Notes: a model not told the origin generated them from the sequence alone. Positions 1 to 10,480 are shown, counted from the first letter of the stretch. The stretch: DNA of 64,000 nt from Gammaproteobacteria bacterium (GCA_965277715.1 OZ255836.1:3968001-4032000), one strand, 5' to 3'. Made by a program: numbers and translations.

Positions 1-84
1 AAAGTGAATCAGCAACGGGATATTTTCCGGTGCACCCAGGATGGCTTTAAAGACACAATCAATTTTTGGATCAATGAGGGGCAT
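1..84 (-). CDS. Rpn-family (PD-(D/E)XK) nuclease, 5' end only; runs off the window; paralog of 2196..3191
   Basis: 1..157 is near-identical to 3108..3264; encodes MPLIDPKIDCVFKAILGAPENIPLLIHF. Confidence 0.9.
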   Translation of the reverse strand, partial: MPLIDPKIDCVFKAILGAPENIPLLIHF

Positions 85-157
85 GGTGTGTTTGTTGGCG
101 ACACTGCATAGCGATAACAAACGCCAGTCTACCATCTTCGTATAGGTAAACCATCAT

Positions 158-320
158 CCTAGAAAACGCAGTTGAGCGCGAAAAAGCTGTGCAAGGCATT
201 GGTGTGCATGGGAACGTTTAAAAATGCGTGGTCACCTTATTGGTGATGAGCAATTTTTACACTTTTCCAGGTGCGCCAAGGGCTTGTGCAGACTTTCGTG
301 AGGCAACGATGTTTTCTAGG
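158..320. mobile_element. MITE family B (163 bp hairpin, TIR CCTAGAAAAC, 5-bp TSD ATCAT)
   Basis: CCTAGAAAAC...GTTTTCTAGG flanked by ATCAT at 153-157 and 321-325; the paralogous site at ~3260 is empty with a single ATCAT. Confidence 0.85.
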
Positions 321-447
321 ATCATGCACCTTCGTGGAGAATAACGTGTGAACCGGGAGACCCCTACCCACAACAGCTTGTGATTGAATGTGGAGGTTCT
401 GCGCTCTCTTGATATAACCGCATGAGCCAAGCAGTAGGCTGTCGCCG

Positions 448-951
448 TTAAGTGTGTTGCCCAATAAACCTCAGCACGAGGTTATTGCAGACTTTGGGCT
501 GCTCCCAAAATACTGCATGGCCTGCCTCGGGCACGGCAGTGAGCTGGCAATCCGGGATCGGTTTGGCCAATAACTGCATTAATGCGGGTGGGGAGAGCAG
601 ATCGGCTTCTCCGGCAATCATAAGTACAGGTATACGCAGGGTTGCCAGCCATGCATAATCCATTGCTTGGCGTAGCGGTTGGTGTAGGTCGATGGCTTCT
701 GGTCTACGACTGGTGTGCTCAATTTCCAGCCAGCGGCGCCCCCCTTCAGGGTTGAACCCACGGTATGCCGGGCTAATTTCACGCAACTCGGCGGGTAGTG
801 CCTGCATGGCAGCAGGCCATATTCGTTGTTGTATATTTACATAAGCCTTATCTTTAACGCCACCCAGTGTACAGGCAGCTACCAGGCTAATTATCTGGGC
901 AGGGTAGGTTGTTGATGCATAGTCCAGCGCAACGATAGCGCCTGCCGCTAT
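448..951 (-). pseudogene. Alpha/beta hydrolase, N-terminally truncated
   Basis: Frame open from ~951 (AAGAIVALDYA...) through IPVLMIAGEADLLSPP and EAGHAVFWEQP; in-frame stop just upstream and N-terminal part missing. Confidence 0.7.
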
Positions 952-984
952 TAAGAGTTAACCTCGGTGGGTTATTTTTGTAGG

Positions 985-2103
985 TTACCTATATTCCGAT
1001 TTTATTGCCTCAGTGTGCTCGCCCAAAGCGGGTGTTTCACGGGCGATAAAATCGCGCCCAGCATGTTGTGCCGCCGGGCTGACCACACGCTTTACACCCG
1101 AGGGGGTAGGCGTTTCACAGCGCCGTAGCTGGGGGTGCGTGGCCAGACCGCTGACATCGTTCAGATTGCCGTAGGCGATATCAGCCGCGTTGAGTTTTTC
1201 TACTACCTCCGTGTGCGCATAGGCGGCAAATACCGGGCGGATAACCGCGTCCATCGATGTACGGTTTTCCACGCGTTTAATGTTGCTGTCGAAGCGCGCA
1301 TCACTGGCAATGTCTGGGCGTTCCAGCACCTGTTCACATAAACGCTTCCACTCGCGTTCATTTTGAATAGCGATGACAATACTGCGCTGGTCACGGGTTT
1401 CGTAGGCGCCGTAGGGGGCGATAGTGGCGTGGTTGATACCCACCCGCTGCTGGATTTTTCCACTGTAGTCGTAATGCAATAACGGCACGGCCATCAGTTC
1501 GGCAACACTATCAAACAACGATACCTGAACCGTGCACCCCGCGCCGCTGGCTTCGCGCTCAATCAATGCTTCGAGAATAGCGGTGTAAGCGTGGTGGCCA
1601 CAGTTGATATCGCAAATCGAGACACCCACGCGACCGGGGGCGTTCGGTGTGCCACTCACCGACGTGATGCCCGCCTCACACTGCACCAGCAAATCGTAGG
1701 CCTTCATGTGCTGGTAGCTACCGTGCTCGCCATAACCGGAAATATCACAACAGATCAAGCGTGGATAACGTGCGCGCAAATCACTGGAACCGAAGCCAGC
1801 CCGTGCGGCAGCACCGGGGGCGAGATTTTGAATAAACACATCGGCACTGCGCAAAATGCGGTGCAACAGCGCGGTGTCCTGATCGTCTTTAATATTGACC
1901 ACCAGGGATTCTTTACCGCGATTCAACCACACAAAATAAGCGCTTTCACCGTCGACGACAGCATCGTAATTGCGGGCAAAATCACCCTCACTGCGCTCAA
2001 TTTTGATCACCCGTGCACCGGCATCGGCGAGACGGCAGGAGCAGTAGGGCGCAGCGACTGCCTGCTCCAGCGTAACCACGAGGGTATCTTTTAAATTCAA
2101 CAT
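985..2103 (-). CDS. CaiB/BaiF family III CoA-transferase
   Basis: LEQAVAAP, LADAGARVIKIER, WLNRGKES, KAYDLLVQ motifs. Confidence 0.92.
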   Translation of the reverse strand: MLNLKDTLVVTLEQAVAAPYCSCRLADAGARVIKIERSEGDFARNYDAVVDGESAYFVWLNRGKESLVVNIKDDQDTALLHRILRSADVFIQNLAPGAAARAGFGSSDLRARYPRLICCDISGYGEHGSYQHMKAYDLLVQCEAGITSVSGTPNAPGRVGVSICDINCGHHAYTAILEALIEREASGAGCTVQVSLFDSVAELMAVPLLHYDYSGKIQQRVGINHATIAPYGAYETRDQRSIVIAIQNEREWKRLCEQVLERPDIASDARFDSNIKRVENRTSMDAVIRPVFAAYAHTEVVEKLNAADIAYGNLNDVSGLATHPQLRRCETPTPSGVKRVVSPAAQHAGRDFIARETPALGEHTEAIKSEYR

Positions 2104-2195
2104 GGATTATTGCTACGGTGGATCACATCAAACAATTAAAACGACTTGGGTAACCCCAGTACATGTGTGGCGACATTCGACGTCGGTTTAATGGC

Positions 2196-3191
2196 TTATT
2201 CAGAGTCGGGGTCAATGCCCGCCTTTTTCAGTAAGGCACGTAACCGCGTCTTTTCCTGAAACGCCGCCTCTTTCTGTCTGTGCGCTTCCTGTTCGTTTTT
2301 TAGTGCGGCTTCTTTTTGCCTATGTGCCTCCTGTTCGTTTTTTAGTGCGGCTTCTTTTTGCCTATGTGCCTCCTGTTCGTTTTTTAGCGCGGCTTCTTTT
2401 TGCCTGTGCGCTTCCTGTTCTTTTTTGAGGGCTTCCTGTTCCTTTTTTAACGCGACTTCTTTCTGCCTGCGTTCGTCGTTCATCGCCTTAACCGCCTCGC
2501 TTAGTGAACGCTGCCGGGACTTTTCCTCCCGAAGAATGTTCTGACGGGCCTGGTAAAGGTGGTAATCCTGCTCTTTCTCTGAAAATCGTTTCAATATGGC
2601 CATCGCCTGCCTCATTTCTTCGGTATCAAGGTCTGCGGGAAGCGCTTCCCACTTGTCTGCATCTCTGAAAAAATACATCCATTGGTCTTTCGCTTCAAGG
2701 TTGTGGTGCCGTCGCCACTTTTCCAGTTCCAGTACATGGATAGCGCAGTGGGGTGAAAGTACTCGCTGCTGCTCAAGATCCGCCATTTGAAAGCGGTGGT
2801 GATAACAGTCACTGTCCCTGAATAGATTTTCACCCAATAGCCAGATGGATATCGAGGGTTGCAGCTTGTGATAGTCCTGCCCACTTTGAATCTGTGCACC
2901 GTAAATATCACTCCAACAATACAGCATTCGCTCCGGTAGATAGGGGAATATATTTAATTGTAGCTCCACCTGGTAGGTGTTATTGGCCGCATCACGGGCT
3001 TTTATATCGACTATGGTGAGTTTGTCTGAAAGGTATTCCTTTTCGTTGTAGGGGTTGAGAATTTCAACGTCTGTGATTGGACTCTCAGGGGTGAGTACAC
3101 CATTGAGAAAGTGAATCAGCAACGGGATATTTTCCGGTGCGCCCAGGATGGCTTTAAAGACACAATCAATTTTTGGATCAATGAGGGGCAT
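2196..3191 (-). CDS. Rpn-family recombination-promoting nuclease / PD-(D/E)XK protein with C-terminal 14-aa repeats
   Basis: IDPKIDCVFKAILG, DKLTIVDIKARD...VELQ, RMLYCWS, IHVLELEK motifs; start placed at MPLID. Confidence 0.9.
   Translation of the reverse strand: MPLIDPKIDCVFKAILGAPENIPLLIHFLNGVLTPESPITDVEILNPYNEKEYLSDKLTIVDIKARDAANNTYQVELQLNIFPYLPERMLYCWSDIYGAQIQSGQDYHKLQPSISIWLLGENLFRDSDCYHHRFQMADLEQQRVLSPHCAIHVLELEKWRRHHNLEAKDQWMYFFRDADKWEALPADLDTEEMRQAMAILKRFSEKEQDYHLYQARQNILREEKSRQRSLSEAVKAMNDERRQKEVALKKEQEALKKEQEAHRQKEAALKNEQEAHRQKEAALKNEQEAHRQKEAALKNEQEAHRQKEAAFQEKTRLRALLKKAGIDPDSE
2262..2470 (-). repeat. In-frame 42-bp/21-bp tandem repeats (EQEAHRQKEAALKN) forming a coiled coil
   Basis: Repeated cctgttcgttttttag(t/c)gcggcttctttttgcct units. 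Confidence 0.9.
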
Positions 3192-3406
3192 GGTGTGTTT
3201 GTTGGCGACACTGCATAGCGATAACAAACGCCAGTCTACCACCTTCGTATAGGTAAACCATCATGCACCCGCATGGAGAATAATGTATTGCACAGTAAAT
3301 TTTTAGTGGCTTTCAAATAACCGTTGTCTATTTCTTGGGTTCTCGCTGCTTAATATTGTAAATTATTGAAAGTTATTAATGCTATTAAACTTGGATGGGT
3401 ATATCG

Positions 3407-3799
3407 ATGAGTAAAAAGCAGGTAATCGGCGGGCCACTGGTCATCAATGGTCGGCAGTTGTCGCTGTCGCGGGCGATCCGGGCGGGTGATTTTGTTTTCC
3501 TTACCGGGCAGGTGCCGATGCGCGATGGCGTGCCGATGACCGATGGCAGTATCGAAGATCAGACACGCGCCTGTATCGAACACATTCAGTCGGTTTTGGC
3601 TGAGGCAGGCTGCACGTTAAGTGATGTGGTGAAGTCGATGGTCTGGTTGAAAAACCGCGAGGACTTTCCCGGCTTTAATCGGGTTTACGCCGAGTATTTC
3701 CCGGAAGACCCACCGACGCGCTCGGCGCTGGTCAGCGATTTTCTAATCGATGTCCTGGTCGAAATTGAGTGCGTTGCCTATAAACCCATTGCGTCGTGA
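3407..3799 (+). CDS. RidA/YjgF family protein
   Basis: LSRAIRAGDFVFLTGQ, FPGFNRVYAEYF, PPTRS, LVEIECVAY. Confidence 0.92.
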   Translation: MSKKQVIGGPLVINGRQLSLSRAIRAGDFVFLTGQVPMRDGVPMTDGSIEDQTRACIEHIQSVLAEAGCTLSDVVKSMVWLKNREDFPGFNRVYAEYFPEDPPTRSALVSDFLIDVLVEIECVAYKPIAS

Positions 3800-3937
3800 T
3801 GCGCCGTTTTTGCGGTTGAAAAACCAACGTCGAAAAATGTGTAATCCAGGCGAAAATGGCGTAACTGGTTTCTAGGGTATAGGAAAAACTGCTGCCCACC
3901 AACATCGCATCTATCGTATCCTGCCGGGAGAAAAACA

Positions 3938-4822
3938 ATGAATAACGACGTAATTATTACCTGCGCGGTTACCGGCGCTGCCGATACCGTTTCCAAAAGC
4001 CCGCATGTGCCCGTGACACCGGAGCAGGTCGCCAATGCGGCGATTGAAGCGGCAAAGGCCGGTGCAGCTATCGCCCATATCCATGTGCGTGACCCGGAAA
4101 CTGGGCAGGGCTCGCGTGATCCGGCGCTGTTCAAAGAGGTGGTTGACCGTATTCGTGACAGCGGCACAGACGTGGTATTAAACCTCACCGCTGGTATGGG
4201 AGGCGACTGGGTGCCAGACCCTGCCAACCCTCATAACGGCGGCCCCGGCACCGATATGATCGGCCCTGAAGAGCGCCTCGCCCATGTGCTTGAATGCCTG
4301 CCGGAAATATGCAGCCTCGACTGCGGTTCGATGAATTTTGACGACACCACCTATGTCTACCTCAGCCCACCCGCCTACCTGCGCAAGATGGCTGAAATGG
4401 CCAAAGACGTAGGGGTTAAGCCTGAGCTGGAAGTTTTTGAAATGGGGCATTTGCGCTTTGCACAGGCGATGGTTGATGAGGGACTGATTGCCGGTAACCC
4501 AATGTTTCAGATTTGCCTGGGTTTAACCTGGGGCGCGCCCGCCGATACCGCCTCAATGAAGGCAATGGCCGATATGCTGCCCGCTAACGCCCACTGGTCA
4601 GCCTTTGGTATTGGCCGTCTGCAAATGCCGATGATGGCACAATCGGTCATATTGGGCGGCAATGTACGCGTGGGCCTGGAAGACAATATCTACCTAGACC
4701 GTGGCGTGAAAGCCACCAATGGCGATTTGGTTAAACGTGCGGTGGAGATTGTTGAGCGTTTGGGGGCGCGTGTATTAGCCCCGCAGGAGGCGCGTAGCCG
4801 CCTGGGCTTACGGGGCGGTTAA
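3938..4822 (+). CDS. Beta-keto acid cleavage enzyme (BKACE/DUF849), resembling the carnitine-pathway CdhC subgroup
   Basis: [40 protein letters not shown]. Confidence 0.9.
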   Translation: MNNDVIITCAVTGAADTVSKSPHVPVTPEQVANAAIEAAKAGAAIAHIHVRDPETGQGSRDPALFKEVVDRIRDSGTDVVLNLTAGMGGDWVPDPANPHNGGPGTDMIGPEERLAHVLECLPEICSLDCGSMNFDDTTYVYLSPPAYLRKMAEMAKDVGVKPELEVFEMGHLRFAQAMVDEGLIAGNPMFQICLGLTWGAPADTASMKAMADMLPANAHWSAFGIGRLQMPMMAQSVILGGNVRVGLEDNIYLDRGVKATNGDLVKRAVEIVERLGARVLAPQEARSRLGLRGG

Positions 4823-5119
4823 GCTTTTCTTCTTCCTGCCCTCAGCGGCACGCTGTCTTCTCACTTCCTTGGGGTCAGCGATCAATGGTCGGTAAATTTC
4901 CACACGGTCACCTGCTTTTAATGGGGTGCCGTGAGGAGTCAGCTTGCTAAAGATACCCAAGTCACACTGTGGCAGCGCAATATCGGGGAATTCACCCAAT
5001 ATCCCTGAGTGCAGCACGGCTTGTTCGGCGGTTGTGCCGGGGGCGACTTGCAGGGCGATAATCCGTTGTTTATCCGGGCGGGCGTAGGCAACTTCTACGT
5101 TGATAGGGGTATCTGACAT
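4808..5119 (-). CDS. rnfH: RnfH/RatB (UPF0125) ubiquitin-like protein
   Basis: [28 protein letters not shown]. Confidence 0.9.
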   Translation of the reverse strand: MSDTPINVEVAYARPDKQRIIALQVAPGTTAEQAVLHSGILGEFPDIALPQCDLGIFSKLTPHGTPLKAGDRVEIYRPLIADPKEVRRQRAAEGRKKKSLTAP

Positions 5120-5288
5120 GCGGATGATCTGGCCGGTAATGAGTCTGCCTCGTTATAAGCCAAGTTGTACGCGGCGGCAACTGGGGCACTGCAAATAATA
5201 TCCACCAATCCCCCTATCAACAAATTGAATAATATCGACCCGTCAATTTATGCTATGTTGCCGCCCAAAATAAACACAAGGGGCGGTT

Positions 5289-6581
5289 ATGACTGAGGTC
5301 ATCGCGACCAATGAAACAGTGCTGGTGGTTGGGGCAGGTGTCAGCGGAATTACCGCAGCGCTTGACGTGGCTGAGCTGGGCAAAAAAGTTATTCTGCTGG
5401 AAAAACGCCCCTTTGTCGGTGGCCGGATTACCCAGTTGTATAAATACTTTCCCAAGCTGTGTTTTCCCACCTGTGGCCAGGAAATCAACCAACGCCGTAT
5501 CAAAGCCAATAAGAACCTTACGGTGCTGACAATGGCAGAGGTCACCCAGGTGGCTGGAGAAGAGGGTAACTACCAGGTCTCTATCACCATCAAACCGCGC
5601 TATATCAATGAAAACTGCACGGCCTGCGGTGATTGTGCCAAGGCCGTAGAAGCCACCTTTGACAATGACTTTAACTACGGGCTGGGCGGCACCGAAGGCG
5701 GCAAGCGCAAAGGGGCTTATCTGCCCTATAACCTCGCCTACCCACAGCGCTATGTCATTGACCCACTGATGATCGGCACCGAGGAGGCGAATAAAGCCAA
5801 GGCGGCCTGTAAAGTCGATGCTGTCGATCTGGACATGCAGGCGCAAACACTCGACCTGAACGTGGCGGCGATTATCTGGGCCACCGGCTGGCAACCTTAC
5901 GATGCCGCGAAAATCCAGCCCTACGGGTATGACCGCTACGCCAACGTGATCACCAGCGTGGAATTCGAGCGCATGATGGACCCCTTCGGCCCAACCGATG
6001 GCAAGCTGTTGCGCCCCTCGGACGGCAGCGAGGCAAAAAATGTGGCGTTTATTCAGTGCGCCGGTTCGCGTGATGAAAACCATTTGAAACACTGCTCGCG
6101 CATCTGTTGCATGGCCTCCTTGAAGCAGAGCACCTACCTCGGTGAAAAATTTGGCGATGAAGGTAAAGCGACAATTTACTACATCGACATTCGCGCCATC
6201 GACCGCTTTGAAGGCTTTTACAAACAGGTACAGGCGGATAAAAACACCACCTTTATCAAATCCAAAGTGGCCAATATCACGGAAGATGAAAACGCCAACC
6301 CGGTATTGCACGGCGTCGATACCGAAGGCTATCACCGCTATGCCACAGCGCATGATCTAGTCGTACTGGCCGTGGGCATGCAACCCAGTGGTGGCAATTT
6401 GCCCGGTGAGGTGCGCGTTAACCAACACGGCTACATCGAACAGGACGTGAACAACGGCGGTATTTTTGCCGCAGGCTGTGCAGCCGATGCACTGGATGTT
6501 AACCGTGCGGTGCAATCGGCATCCGCCGCCGCCCTGCGGGCTATCCAGGTGGTCAACCGCGCCGCCTCTGTGGAGAACTAG
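5289..6581 (+). CDS. qmoA: QmoA (HdrA-like flavoprotein)
   Basis: VVGAGVSG FAD motif, KYFPKLCFPTCG, FIQCAGSRD..HCSRICC; upstream of qmoB. Confidence 0.88.
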   Translation: MTEVIATNETVLVVGAGVSGITAALDVAELGKKVILLEKRPFVGGRITQLYKYFPKLCFPTCGQEINQRRIKANKNLTVLTMAEVTQVAGEEGNYQVSITIKPRYINENCTACGDCAKAVEATFDNDFNYGLGGTEGGKRKGAYLPYNLAYPQRYVIDPLMIGTEEANKAKAACKVDAVDLDMQAQTLDLNVAAIIWATGWQPYDAAKIQPYGYDRYANVITSVEFERMMDPFGPTDGKLLRPSDGSEAKNVAFIQCAGSRDENHLKHCSRICCMASLKQSTYLGEKFGDEGKATIYYIDIRAIDRFEGFYKQVQADKNTTFIKSKVANITEDENANPVLHGVDTEGYHRYATAHDLVVLAVGMQPSGGNLPGEVRVNQHGYIEQDVNNGGIFAAGCAADALDVNRAVQSASAAALRAIQVVNRAASVEN

Positions 6582-6584
6582 ACA

Positions 6585-8816
6585 ATGGCAGCAGAAAAAA
6601 CAACTGGTGCGTATATTTGCAGTGGCTGCGGATTGGGTGATCGGCTCGATACCGCGCAACTGGAAACCGTTGCCACCCGTGAAGGTAAAGTCAATTACGT
6701 AAAACACCACGACTTCCTGTGTAACGCCGAGGGCGTTTCGATGATCCGCGACGATATTGAAGCGGGCACCAGCCACGTCGTCATCGCCGCCTGCTCGCGC
6801 CGCGCCAAGACCGATGCGTTTAACTTCGATAACGTGGCCATGTCGCGCGCCAATCTGCGTGAGGGCGTCATCTGGATTCGCCCGGACGATGAGGCCTCGC
6901 GAGAGACCACCCAGGATATGGCCAGCGACTACCTGCGCATGGCCTGTTTTGAAAACAAATTTATGCAACGGCCAACGCCTTCCGGTGAACAATCGCTGGA
7001 TAAAAATATCTTGGTCGTCGGCGGTGGTGTGTCGGGAATGACCGCTGCGCTGGAATCAGCGCGTGCCGGTTATGCGGTAACACTGGTTGAAAAGTCGGGC
7101 AGGCTCGGCGGTATTGCCGCCCAGCTGTACCGGCAAATGCCCGCAACCGCGCCCTATATCGACCCCCAGGTCACCGATATCGATGCGCTGCGCGCCGATA
7201 TTGAAAGCCATGCCAGTATCAGTGTTCACCTGAATTCGATTGTGGCTAAAACAGCGGGTGCGCCGGGCCGTTTTCAAGTCGATATCGCCACCGAGAGCGG
7301 CAGCCAGTCACACACCGCCGTAGGTGCTATTGTACAGACCAGCGGCTTCAAACCCTACGATGCTAACCAACTGCCGGAATTTGCCTACGGCCAAAGCCCG
7401 GATGTGGTTACCCAGCTCGAACTGGAAGCCCTGGCAAAAGCCACTGACGGGCAAATGCTGCGACCCTCTGATGGCAAACCGATTAACAGTGTGGTGTTTG
7501 TCCAGTGCGCCGGGCAGCGTAGCGACAAAGCCAATCACCTCGCCTACTGCTCTGGTTTTTGTTGTGGTACCTCGATTAAGCAGGCAATGTACTTCAAAGA
7601 CAACAACCCGCAGATCGACACCACGATTTGCTACACCGATTTGCGTACCCCCGGCGCCGGAGGCGAGGATTTTTACCGTAGCGGTCAGCAAAAAGGCATT
7701 ATCTTTAGTAAAGCGGTCGTCAACGAAGTCGTCCCCGGTGAGAACAACCTGGCGGTACGGGTGCACGATCTCATCCTCGCGCAAGACGATGTGATCGATG
7801 CCGATTTAGTCGTGCTCGCCACCGGCATGGTCGCCAACTCCGGTCCCGATCCCTACGCCGTACCGGCGACCGACAAGGGCGATGAAGGCAGCGCCACTGA
7901 AGTGAAAATCCCCGTCGAGTCAATCCTCAACCTCGACTACCGCCAGGGTACAGACCTGCCACAACTCGCGCATGGTTTTAACGATTCACACTTTATCTGC
8001 TTTCCCTATGAAACCCGCCGCACCGGCATCTACGCCGCTGGCCCCGTGCGCCGCCCAATGGATATAGCGCAAACCAAAGACGACGCCACAGGCGCCGCAA
8101 TGAAGGCGATTATCGAAGTTGAAAACGCCGGTAAAGGCATGGCCGCGCACCCGCGCTCGGGTGATTTGAGCTTCCCCACATTCCGCGCTGAAGGGTGTAC
8201 CCAGTGCAAACGCTGTACCGTCGAATGCCCGTTTGGGGCGATCAATGAAGACGAAAAGCGCTACCCGGTATTTAACGAATCGCGCTGTCGTCGTTGTGGC
8301 ACGTGCATGGGGGCCTGCCCGGTGCGGGTTATCTCATTTGAAAACTACTCAATCGATACGGTTGGCCAGCAAATCAAAAATATTGATATGCCGGATGAGT
8401 TTGAAGAAAAACCGCGTGTGTTGGTATTGGCCTGCGAAAATGATGCCTACCCGGCGTTGGATATGGCCGCACAAAATCGCATCCACTACAGCCCGTATGC
8501 CCGTGTGGTGCCAGTGCGCTGTCTTGGCTCGGTGTCCATGAGCTGGATAACCGATGCGCTCAATACCGGCTACGATGGTATCGTCATGATGGGCTGCCAG
8601 AAAGGCGCCAACTACCAGTGCCACTTTGTGCGCGGCTCTGAAATGGCCCACGAACGGCTCGGCAAAGTCAGCGATACGCTTGAATCCCTGAGCCTGGAAG
8701 CCGAGCGCGTGGCTGTGCACGAGGTGGCGATTACCGATATTGCCCGTGCGCCCAAATTGATTGACGATATGTTGGACGTCGTCGAAAAAGTGGGCATGAG
8801 CCCGTTTAAATTTTAA
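6585..8816 (+). CDS. qmoB: QmoB (HdrA + ferredoxin + MvhD fusion)
   Basis: GAYICSGCG, VVGGGVSG, two CxxCxxCxxxCP motifs, C-terminal ACENDAYP/VRCLGS/CHF MvhD domain. Confidence 0.9.
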   Translation: MAAEKTTGAYICSGCGLGDRLDTAQLETVATREGKVNYVKHHDFLCNAEGVSMIRDDIEAGTSHVVIAACSRRAKTDAFNFDNVAMSRANLREGVIWIRPDDEASRETTQDMASDYLRMACFENKFMQRPTPSGEQSLDKNILVVGGGVSGMTAALESARAGYAVTLVEKSGRLGGIAAQLYRQMPATAPYIDPQVTDIDALRADIESHASISVHLNSIVAKTAGAPGRFQVDIATESGSQSHTAVGAIVQTSGFKPYDANQLPEFAYGQSPDVVTQLELEALAKATDGQMLRPSDGKPINSVVFVQCAGQRSDKANHLAYCSGFCCGTSIKQAMYFKDNNPQIDTTICYTDLRTPGAGGEDFYRSGQQKGIIFSKAVVNEVVPGENNLAVRVHDLILAQDDVIDADLVVLATGMVANSGPDPYAVPATDKGDEGSATEVKIPVESILNLDYRQGTDLPQLAHGFNDSHFICFPYETRRTGIYAAGPVRRPMDIAQTKDDATGAAMKAIIEVENAGKGMAAHPRSGDLSFPTFRAEGCTQCKRCTVECPFGAINEDEKRYPVFNESRCRRCGTCMGACPVRVISFENYSIDTVGQQIKNIDMPDEFEEKPRVLVLACENDAYPALDMAAQNRIHYSPYARVVPVRCLGSVSMSWITDALNTGYDGIVMMGCQKGANYQCHFVRGSEMAHERLGKVSDTLESLSLEAERVAVHEVAITDIARAPKLIDDMLDVVEKVGMSPFKF

Positions 8817-8833
8817 AGAGAGGGTGTCGGAAT

Positions 8834-9463
8834 ATGAGTAGCGAAAATACCGCTCACTACCGCAACAACTTTCTGCGCGAAGTGGAAATGAACGTTGAGG
8901 AAGGCCACTGGGTAAAGATGTGTATGCAGTGTGGCGTTTGTTCTGGCTCCTGCCCCCTGGGCACGCACTGGGAACACCCACCACAGAAAATTTTCCAGAT
9001 GATCCGTGCAGGGCAGCGCGAGGCCGTGCTCACCTCTGACTCCATGTGGATGTGTACCTCCTGCTACAACTGCATGGCGCGCTGCCCACGTAAACTGCCC
9101 ATCACCCACATCATGCACGGCCTGGCGCACTACGCAAAGCGCCTTGGCCTGTCACCCAAATACCAACCCACCGAACGTTTCTCACAAATGTTTTGGGATA
9201 ACCTCATGCAAACCGGGCGCGTCAACGAACTGCGCCTAGGGGTTCGCCTGTACTTTATTAACGGCTTTGTCGAAGGCATTAAAACGGCGTTAAAAATGCT
9301 GCCAATTGGCCTGGGGATGATGCGCACCAGGCGGGCCAACCCATTAGAACTGCTCAGTGGTCACGGCGTTAAAGATGTGAAAGGTTTTCACGCCATAATG
9401 AAAAAAGCCCAGGAACTGGAAGCGGCGCGTATCGCCGCGAACACAGAAAAACTAGCGAGTTAA
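8834..9463 (+). CDS. hdrC: HdrC-like 4Fe-4S subunit
   Basis: CMQCGVCSGSCP and WMCTSCYNCMARCP. Confidence 0.9.
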   Translation: MSSENTAHYRNNFLREVEMNVEEGHWVKMCMQCGVCSGSCPLGTHWEHPPQKIFQMIRAGQREAVLTSDSMWMCTSCYNCMARCPRKLPITHIMHGLAHYAKRLGLSPKYQPTERFSQMFWDNLMQTGRVNELRLGVRLYFINGFVEGIKTALKMLPIGLGMMRTRRANPLELLSGHGVKDVKGFHAIMKKAQELEAARIAANTEKLAS

Positions 9464-9471
9464 GTCACACC

Positions 9472-10374
9472 ATGGCAACCAAAGAATATTCATTTTACCC
9501 CGGCTGTTCATCACAGCGTGGCGCCTCGTCATCGAACTACCTGAAATCGGTTGAAACGATGTGTGAAGACCTGGATATTAAACTCAACACGATCCCCGAC
9601 TGGAACTGCTGCTCGGCGTCAATCGGTTACAGTGGCGGGGGGGAGCTGCCCCGCCTGGCGTTGTCTGCGCGCAATATCGCGCTCTCTGAACAACACAATC
9701 CCGGTCAGGAAATTGTCGCCTCCTGCGCCGCCTGCTGGTTGTCGACGCGTGAAACCGCCGAGCGCCTGCGTGACAACGATGACCTGATGGCGGAAACCAA
9801 TCAGGCACTGGCCGAGGCGGGTTTGAAGCTGAAGAACGAAACCCCCATCAAGCATATGGTGGAGGTGATGATCGAAGATTTTGGCTACGAAAAACTGGCT
9901 GAAAAGGTTAAGAAACCGCTCGAAGGTTTAAAGGTTGCCGGTTATGTAGGGTGCCAGACAAACCGGCCTTTTGGGATTGAGGGTGAATCTTTTGAGAACC
10001 CCAAATACCTCGATAAACTGGTGGAGACAATGGGGGGAGAGGCGGTTGACGATTACGAGAAGAAAGTCTCGTGTTGTGGTGGGGCTTTGGCCTTTTCTGA
10101 GCCGGAGAAGAGTCAGGCCTTGATTAAGGATATTATCGAATCGGCTTACGATCATGGGGCGGATATTATTACTACCCCGTGTCCGGTGTGTCAGATGAAT
10201 GTTGAGGTATACCAGGATCAAATCAATGCCAAGTATGGGACTAAGTTTAATATGCCGGTGACGTATTACAGTACGTTGATGAATGTTGCCTATGGGCATG
10301 ATGCCAAGGAATCTGCTTTGGATGGGCAGATTATCCCTGCCAAGAAACTGGAGGAGATTGCTGCCAGGCGTTAG
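9472..10374 (+). CDS. hdrB: HdrB-like CCG-domain subunit
   Basis: YPGCS, DWNCCS, YVGCQ, SCCGG, TPCPVCQMN. Confidence 0.9.
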   Translation: MATKEYSFYPGCSSQRGASSSNYLKSVETMCEDLDIKLNTIPDWNCCSASIGYSGGGELPRLALSARNIALSEQHNPGQEIVASCAACWLSTRETAERLRDNDDLMAETNQALAEAGLKLKNETPIKHMVEVMIEDFGYEKLAEKVKKPLEGLKVAGYVGCQTNRPFGIEGESFENPKYLDKLVETMGGEAVDDYEKKVSCCGGALAFSEPEKSQALIKDIIESAYDHGADIITTPCPVCQMNVEVYQDQINAKYGTKFNMPVTYYSTLMNVAYGHDAKESALDGQIIPAKKLEEIAARR

Positions 10375-10480
10375 TTCAGCTAACCAGACCCGTATATCAT
10401 CTTGACTGTCCTGGGCTTCTTTAAGACTGAAGATAAGTGCGGTACAAGGCCGTAAGAATACCTTGCTAATCAAGAGAGGT

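Noticed and set aside
2196-3191. Rpn genes as true IS transposases mobilizing the MITEs
   Set aside because: No terminal inverted repeats around the Rpn genes and no DDE motif; the 5-bp TSDs point to a DDE enzyme elsewhere.
5253-6353. 366-aa antisense ORF and similar shadow ORFs (8349-8984, 9928-10488, 54558-55151)
   Set aside because: They lie opposite well-supported genes, lack motifs and are explained by codon bias.
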